Assembly: GCA_965197475.1 (NCBI GenBank)
Contig: CBDANF010000003.1
Coordinates: 2,912,001 to 2,976,000 of the forward strand
Direction of reading: 5' to 3'
DNA length: 64,000 bases
DNA from: Candidatus Poribacteria bacterium
Lineage (GTDB): Bacteria; Poribacteria; WGA-4E; WGA-3G
Position 1 is the first letter of the stretch, and the number at the start of each line of letters is the position of its first letter. Below, piece after piece: positions 59,084 to 64,000 of the stretch. Under the pieces are notes generated by a model. That model saw only the letters and a list, made by a program, of their open reading frames with translations, was not told the origin of the DNA and did no database searches. The translations under genes and the position numbers were made by a program.

Positions 59084-60025
59084 CTATTTCAGTTCTGCAT
59101 CAGCTTTAGTCAACAAAAGTATGTTTGATGCCGTTAGGTGAAGCGCGTAAGCAGCTAAGTACTCTGGTACTGTTGTTATTTCTGGTCCCTGTCCGTGTCC
59201 GGACTCGCGATTGCGAACTGTAGGAAGTCCATCCTTTAATGTATTTTTCAATGTTTTTTTCAACGCTGAAAAGTGTGATTCCAAGTAAGTTGGAATCAAT
59301 TCATTGTCAAATACGATCTCAATTAGATCCTTGGCAGTAGCTCTATTTTCATCGTAGTGCCATCCTCTCTTTTTACAAATTCCTTTGAGGCAACTCTCAA
59401 ATGCTTTGAGACATTCATTCATACATTCCTTGTATCTGTGCTTTCGGTAATGTTGGTGTGCATTTAAGAATTCTTCTTTTGCGCCTTCATACATTGGATC
59501 GGAAAGGAAAGTCAGCACAGGTTTTACCACTTCGGTGTGAATAAACTGAGAATCAACTTTAATTATTTGACCAGATTCATACTGATACCCTACACCGTGC
59601 TCGCGAAATCGATTATTTAGTTCATCAATCGCTTGATCAGGTGGAACATTCGAACAGAAGTGTTTATTATTATCTGAAACCTCTGGGTCAAAACATCGAA
59701 ACGAGAACTCAATGACATCAATCACCTTTTCTGTTTCTTTTGTGTCCAGGAAAAAATTACAGACTCTCTGAAAAAGATCTTCCTCTTCACCAAGTGAAAT
59801 CATGCCATATTCACGACACAATTTATTGTGGATGAATGCATACGCTTCATAGGCATACTCATCGCTTATGTTATAGTAATTACACTCAATTTCCCCATAC
59901 TCATCTTTCCAGATATGGATTACTTGTATCCGTAATTCCTCTGGAATAGTTTCATGCTGGTACACATCAGGAACTTCACCACGTATTCGCTTCTGGCGTT
60001 TTGAAAAAAGTTCATAGTTTTTCAT
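59084..60025 (-). CDS. AbiJ-N-terminal + HEPN-like domain protein (STM4504/CBY_0614-like)
   Basis: FSKRQK...DVYQ, ELNNRFREHGVGYQYE, KAFES, VRNRESGHGQG (R-x-H HEPN-like). Confidence 0.72.
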   Translation of the reverse strand: MKNYELFSKRQKRIRGEVPDVYQHETIPEELRIQVIHIWKDEYGEIECNYYNISDEYAYEAYAFIHNKLCREYGMISLGEEEDLFQRVCNFFLDTKETEKVIDVIEFSFRCFDPEVSDNNKHFCSNVPPDQAIDELNNRFREHGVGYQYESGQIIKVDSQFIHTEVVKPVLTFLSDPMYEGAKEEFLNAHQHYRKHRYKECMNECLKAFESCLKGICKKRGWHYDENRATAKDLIEIVFDNELIPTYLESHFSALKKTLKNTLKDGLPTVRNRESGHGQGPEITTVPEYLAAYALHLTASNILLLTKADAELK

Positions 60026-60069
60026 ATTGTTTTCCTTTCTTCGTTCTATAAATATTCTATTTCACAAGA

Positions 60070-62976
60070 CTACTCCGCATCTAATTCAACCTTAGACTTC
60101 TTCCCACCGTGGATACTCGGCTCTTGACACAACATTTTCCGAAGTAGATCAAGCCCTTCATGCACATCCGGACGTTCCGATTCCGTGATACCGAGTACAT
60201 CTGATAACAACAACCGATCAAGTTCATGACGCACCGAATCCTCATCCATCTGATTAAATGGTAACATCTTCTTATGTTTAAGTTGATTGAAAATCCGCTC
60301 CGCATTTGCCAATGCATCATCAGAGAGTTCTCGTACATCTAACGTAGGCATAGCATCAAAAGTGGCTCGACTCAGAACACCCCTTCCGTGCTGTTGCTTA
60401 CCGCTCTGATACCAGTGACAGAGTAAGCCAAACGTTGAGTTGCACCACAACGTCCATACATACTCATGAATTTTGTTATCAAAAAAGACATTCGGAAGTT
60501 TATTTACGCCAATAGTATCTTGTTCGGTAAACATCACTGCTAACGAATTCGCATTAAACCGTAACTCCATGTTGTAATGCACCCGACTATTGAATCTCAT
60601 TATATTCTTAACTTTTTCCGCTGAATTTAAGCGAGGCTGTGCGTGAGCATTTGGTGCAACAATCATCGCTCGTTGTACATCAGTTTCTACATGCCATAAG
60701 CATGGATACATCACAGTATCAGAGCATCCCTTTTCAATATCAAATGCCCCCCTGCCACCGCCGCCTCTTATGTCTTTGGTACCAATTCCTAACGTCGCAA
60801 TTTCTGAAACACGCCGTATAGTGAGTTGAATATCTGCAGTTTGTCGAGGGATGCGTATTAACCCTTTAGCAAGATAATGTGCAGACTGAACAACCCCCAT
60901 GTCATTAACACAAGAAAGAGGCCATCCTGCATCACTTTGAACAATAGGCACTGAGATCACATATCCAATAACCTCCTTCCCTATGCGGATCGGGTCACCG
61001 CCGCTTAGTGTATCATCATCCAATTGGCGGACATCTTTCAACTTGTGGAGACCATTTGCGATTTCCAACGCTTCTAACTCTCCATTAGGACAACGCTTGA
61101 GGCAAACAAATTTACCGCCTCCCGTATTTTTGCGTTTACCTTTCTTCGCAACAATGAGACACTCTGCCATCTCCGTATCCGCAGAAAAGGAACACTCCTC
61201 AATATTTTCATGTGCGATAGTAATGACAAGAACATCATGATACTCCGCTGCCCACAGCTTTCTTACCTTTTGCCAACTACTGCCAGTAATAGCCGTGGCA
61301 GGTAGCACAAATGCCATTGTGCCGTTAGGTCTTAGCATCCTATCGGCAAGATCGACAAAGTCAACACCCTCCCCAGGATTGTTGCCTGAAAGCCGCCGGC
61401 CTTGTGCTTTACGTGACGCTCGCATCGCCGCCGCTTCCTTTTTGTCTGCGAAAATACTCTTGGGAACGTTAGAGTTTCCATCAGCACCTGCCCGAGTATA
61501 GGGCGGATTCTGAATAACGATGTCAAATTCACTATGTCTGAAAGTATCTCTCATGTCAGTAATTTCTGTACCTTGTCCCGTGGCGGTTTCCGTTGTGTCA
61601 AGGGTCAATGGGAGCGTACCTGATGGATCACTGAGTAAGTTGAGAGCACCGATGGCATAAAGTCCGTCGGCGCGTGGCGTGCCGTAGGGCATTGTGTGAA
61701 TACGTGTGCCACCGATGCGGACATCTGGGTAGGTGCTGGCAATAATAGAGGCTGTCAGATGCGCAGCATTCGGTAGAATGTCACACCCTACAAGATTATT
61801 CTCCATCATATATTGATGGATGGTTTCCCCTTTGCCGCCTGCTTGCTCATAGAGCATCAGCAGCCTTTGATATACTCCGTTGAGGAGTGAACCGGTGCCG
61901 CAGGCGAAATCTGCAATTTTCAGTTTTTTTGGATCGCGGTTGAGTTCTGGTAACGCAAGGGCACAGAGCAGTGCAGAAGATTCGGGGCGGGTATAGTTCG
62001 CTTTAATAATTTTCCTATTGTCAATGAGTTTCTGGAACACAATTCCTGCAAGTTCATGTTCTTGTGCAAGTCCCATCTTTTCTAATTCGCGGGCGGTATC
62101 TCTTAGCACACTCAAAATCCCACCGACAAGTTTATCATCGGCGGCGAGCGTCTCTACAATATTGTAGGCAACGTTGAAAATCGGGGCATAGTTAACCTTT
62201 TGGATTTCTCGCCATGCGCGGAGGATTTCGTCTGAATCAAGTTGTCCATATTCTGCGGTGAGTTCACTGAGTGATGGCACGTTTTCTAAATCTGGTTTGC
62301 GCGCAAGGGAACTCTGAAATACAAGAGCATTGCTGATGATCAACATCGCCATCTGCGTTGTTTGGTCGCCTGGTTCCTGGACAAGGAGTTCACCTATTTT
62401 TTTGCCAATGTGGGGTCGGTGTTCAATTGCGCTATTGACGATAACAGCAGCACGATGGATGCCGTTTTCCAGCACTTTGGCTGCTTGTTCAATTTTGGTG
62501 ATGGGTGTAGCACCAATGCGAATTGCGGTTGCGATGTCGGCGATACTGCCGTGAAGCCACCCTTTTTTCGGGAATCGCTGTGGATCATCAAGATTAAGAA
62601 GGAGATACGCGAAGTCTTTTGAGACTTCAAGGTTTTCACTAATCTCGTCGCGTGGCATTGAGCGGAATCTGTGTGGGATGCGGATTACCATTGCACTGGT
62701 AAGTTTCTCCTGTGTCATCGCGAGTGTCTTACCTAAGTACTGTTCACGTGCCTGCTTTTCGCCTGTTTCATTGGGACCGCGCTTGTAGTCAATTTTTACC
62801 TCAACTCCCATTGGGTAACGTTCGACTGTGCGGATAATCGCATCGGGTTTCTTTTGATTTTCGACAAGTGGTTGCGTTGTCTGCTCGTAAATTTTCCATG
62901 TGGCACTCATCGGCATCAAAATTTCGACGAGTAGGGTGGTAATAGTGTTTTCGCTATTAGTATATTGGTGGTTCAT
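60070..62976 (-). CDS. Type IIG-like restriction-modification fusion (nuclease + N6 methyltransferase + TRD)
   Basis: N-terminal PD..EVK, YTRP, DFACGTGSLL, IQNPPY, FVLP. Confidence 0.82.
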   Translation of the reverse strand: MNHQYTNSENTITTLLVEILMPMSATWKIYEQTTQPLVENQKKPDAIIRTVERYPMGVEVKIDYKRGPNETGEKQAREQYLGKTLAMTQEKLTSAMVIRIPHRFRSMPRDEISENLEVSKDFAYLLLNLDDPQRFPKKGWLHGSIADIATAIRIGATPITKIEQAAKVLENGIHRAAVIVNSAIEHRPHIGKKIGELLVQEPGDQTTQMAMLIISNALVFQSSLARKPDLENVPSLSELTAEYGQLDSDEILRAWREIQKVNYAPIFNVAYNIVETLAADDKLVGGILSVLRDTARELEKMGLAQEHELAGIVFQKLIDNRKIIKANYTRPESSALLCALALPELNRDPKKLKIADFACGTGSLLNGVYQRLLMLYEQAGGKGETIHQYMMENNLVGCDILPNAAHLTASIIASTYPDVRIGGTRIHTMPYGTPRADGLYAIGALNLLSDPSGTLPLTLDTTETATGQGTEITDMRDTFRHSEFDIVIQNPPYTRAGADGNSNVPKSIFADKKEAAAMRASRKAQGRRLSGNNPGEGVDFVDLADRMLRPNGTMAFVLPATAITGSSWQKVRKLWAAEYHDVLVITIAHENIEECSFSADTEMAECLIVAKKGKRKNTGGGKFVCLKRCPNGELEALEIANGLHKLKDVRQLDDDTLSGGDPIRIGKEVIGYVISVPIVQSDAGWPLSCVNDMGVVQSAHYLAKGLIRIPRQTADIQLTIRRVSEIATLGIGTKDIRGGGGRGAFDIEKGCSDTVMYPCLWHVETDVQRAMIVAPNAHAQPRLNSAEKVKNIMRFNSRVHYNMELRFNANSLAVMFTEQDTIGVNKLPNVFFDNKIHEYVWTLWCNSTFGLLCHWYQSGKQQHGRGVLSRATFDAMPTLDVRELSDDALANAERIFNQLKHKKMLPFNQMDEDSVRHELDRLLLSDVLGITESERPDVHEGLDLLRKMLCQEPSIHGGKKSKVELDAE

Positions 62977-63092
62977 GCTTTTCCTTAACTTTGGTTATGA
63001 GATCGCTTTTATTTGATTTCATTATAGCACGTTGGTAAATAGGTGTCAATTGAGAATTGACATGTTTCAGATTATGAAGTATACTCAATTAC

Positions 63093-63737
63093 ATGAAGTC
63101 AAAAACACAACGCGAACGCGGCATCATAGTCGGAATAACAGGCGGCATTGCCTGCGGAAAAACAACCGTCTCTGAACTTCTGGCAGAAAAAGGTGCAATT
63201 CCGATTAACGCCGACGAAATCGGACATCAACTCCTCAAAGCAGATAGTCCCGTTATTGGTGAACTTGTTGACACATTTGGACAGGAAATCCTTGAAGAAT
63301 CAGGGGATGTCAACAGGAAAAAATTGGGCGCAATCGTTTTCAAAGACAAAACAGTGCGTGAGCGATTGAATGCCATTCTACATCCGTTAATTATCCAACG
63401 TTCCCGCACTCGCGCCCACAAATTTGTGATGGAAGACCCATCATGCGTTGTGCTACTTGACGCACCGCTCCTAATTGAAGCTGGGGCTTACGATTCTGTC
63501 GATCTGATAGTCGTTGTAACTGCCTCGCCAGAAACGCAATTGCAACGGACATTAGAACGTAGCAGAGCACAGAACCGTCCACTCACCGAAAGCGAAGCAC
63601 AAGCACGTATCAACTCACAGATGCCAGTGTCAGAAAAGGTTAAATATGCAGATGTTGTTATAGAGAATGACGGAACACTTGAAGAACTAAATAGACAGGT
63701 TGAAGAACTGTGGCAGCAACTTCAGACACGTTTATGA
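63093..63737 (+). CDS. coaE: Dephospho-CoA kinase
   Basis: GITGGIACGKTT, DAPLLIE, RINSQMP, ADVVIEN. Confidence 0.96.
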   Translation: MKSKTQRERGIIVGITGGIACGKTTVSELLAEKGAIPINADEIGHQLLKADSPVIGELVDTFGQEILEESGDVNRKKLGAIVFKDKTVRERLNAILHPLIIQRSRTRAHKFVMEDPSCVVLLDAPLLIEAGAYDSVDLIVVVTASPETQLQRTLERSRAQNRPLTESEAQARINSQMPVSEKVKYADVVIENDGTLEELNRQVEELWQQLQTRL

Positions 63738-64000
63738 ATCGTGCCAAAGCAGATTGATAGCATTTGCCTTGATAACGCAGTAGACTTCCTTTCCCTCACA
63801 TAATTGGAGTTGTTCACACGCTTCATGCGTAATTTTCACTGAAAGGCGATGCGTTTCAACCAGAATAGACAACACTGTTTTATCTCCGACAACATCAACC
63901 TGATCAATCGTTCCCTTCAACATGTTACGCGCGCTGATTGGCAGATTGGGTTCAAGCGAAACGATAATATCTTCTGCCCGAATGGCGATTGGGACTTCTT
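63732..64000 (-). CDS. TOBE-domain C-terminus, probably molybdate ABC ATPase ModC (5' end outside window)
   Basis: IRAEDIIVS...ISARNMLKGTI...L.L.EG..V...IKANAI. Confidence 0.7.
   Translation of the reverse strand, partial: EVPIAIRAEDIIVSLEPNLPISARNMLKGTIDQVDVVGDKTVLSILVETHRLSVKITHEACEQLQLCEGKEVYCVIKANAINLLWHDS

Noticed and set aside
252-63582. Numerous short antisense or alternate-frame ORFs inside long genes
   Set aside because: No motifs or RBS; expected shadow ORFs
1-64000. CRISPR array or cas genes
   Set aside because: No regularly spaced direct repeats with unique spacers and no cas-like ORFs were seen

Overview
A 64-kb bacterial chromosome window. It is probably Candidatus Poribacteria-like, an inference from a LamG protein ending KLATTWGTIK, a secreted protein with dockerin-like and NYPNPFNPETWIPY C-terminal modules, a giant TPR protein and GTAG-type REP palindromes. 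Core content: recA, a complete Pup-proteasome operon (arc-dop-pup-prcB-prcA-pafA), a GGGP synthase, grpE-dnaJ-prmA, glcD-like oxidase, RND pump, GH88, hisA, sugar ABC genes, coaE and a modC fragment. Several decaying defence pockets are present: a type III RM locus with DUF3800 and HTH-peptidase/PIN genes nested between mod and res, two ATPase-nuclease pairs each hit by IS1595, and a HEPN/AbiJ-like gene beside a type IIG RM gene. The best candidate for an undescribed system is a ~2-kb element (42707-44717) with 13-bp terminal inverted repeats, no target duplication and no recognisable transposase. It encodes two coupled DUF1670 paralogs with a tyrosine-recombinase-like H...H...Y tail, plus a ~110-nt four-hairpin non-coding region with its own promoter. 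Other notable items are a promoter-driven antisense structured RNA after the DUF3800 gene, a promoter-driven pair of aberrant tRNA-like genes, and a degenerate EF-Tu paralog. All family calls come from recognising motifs by eye; no searches were run.
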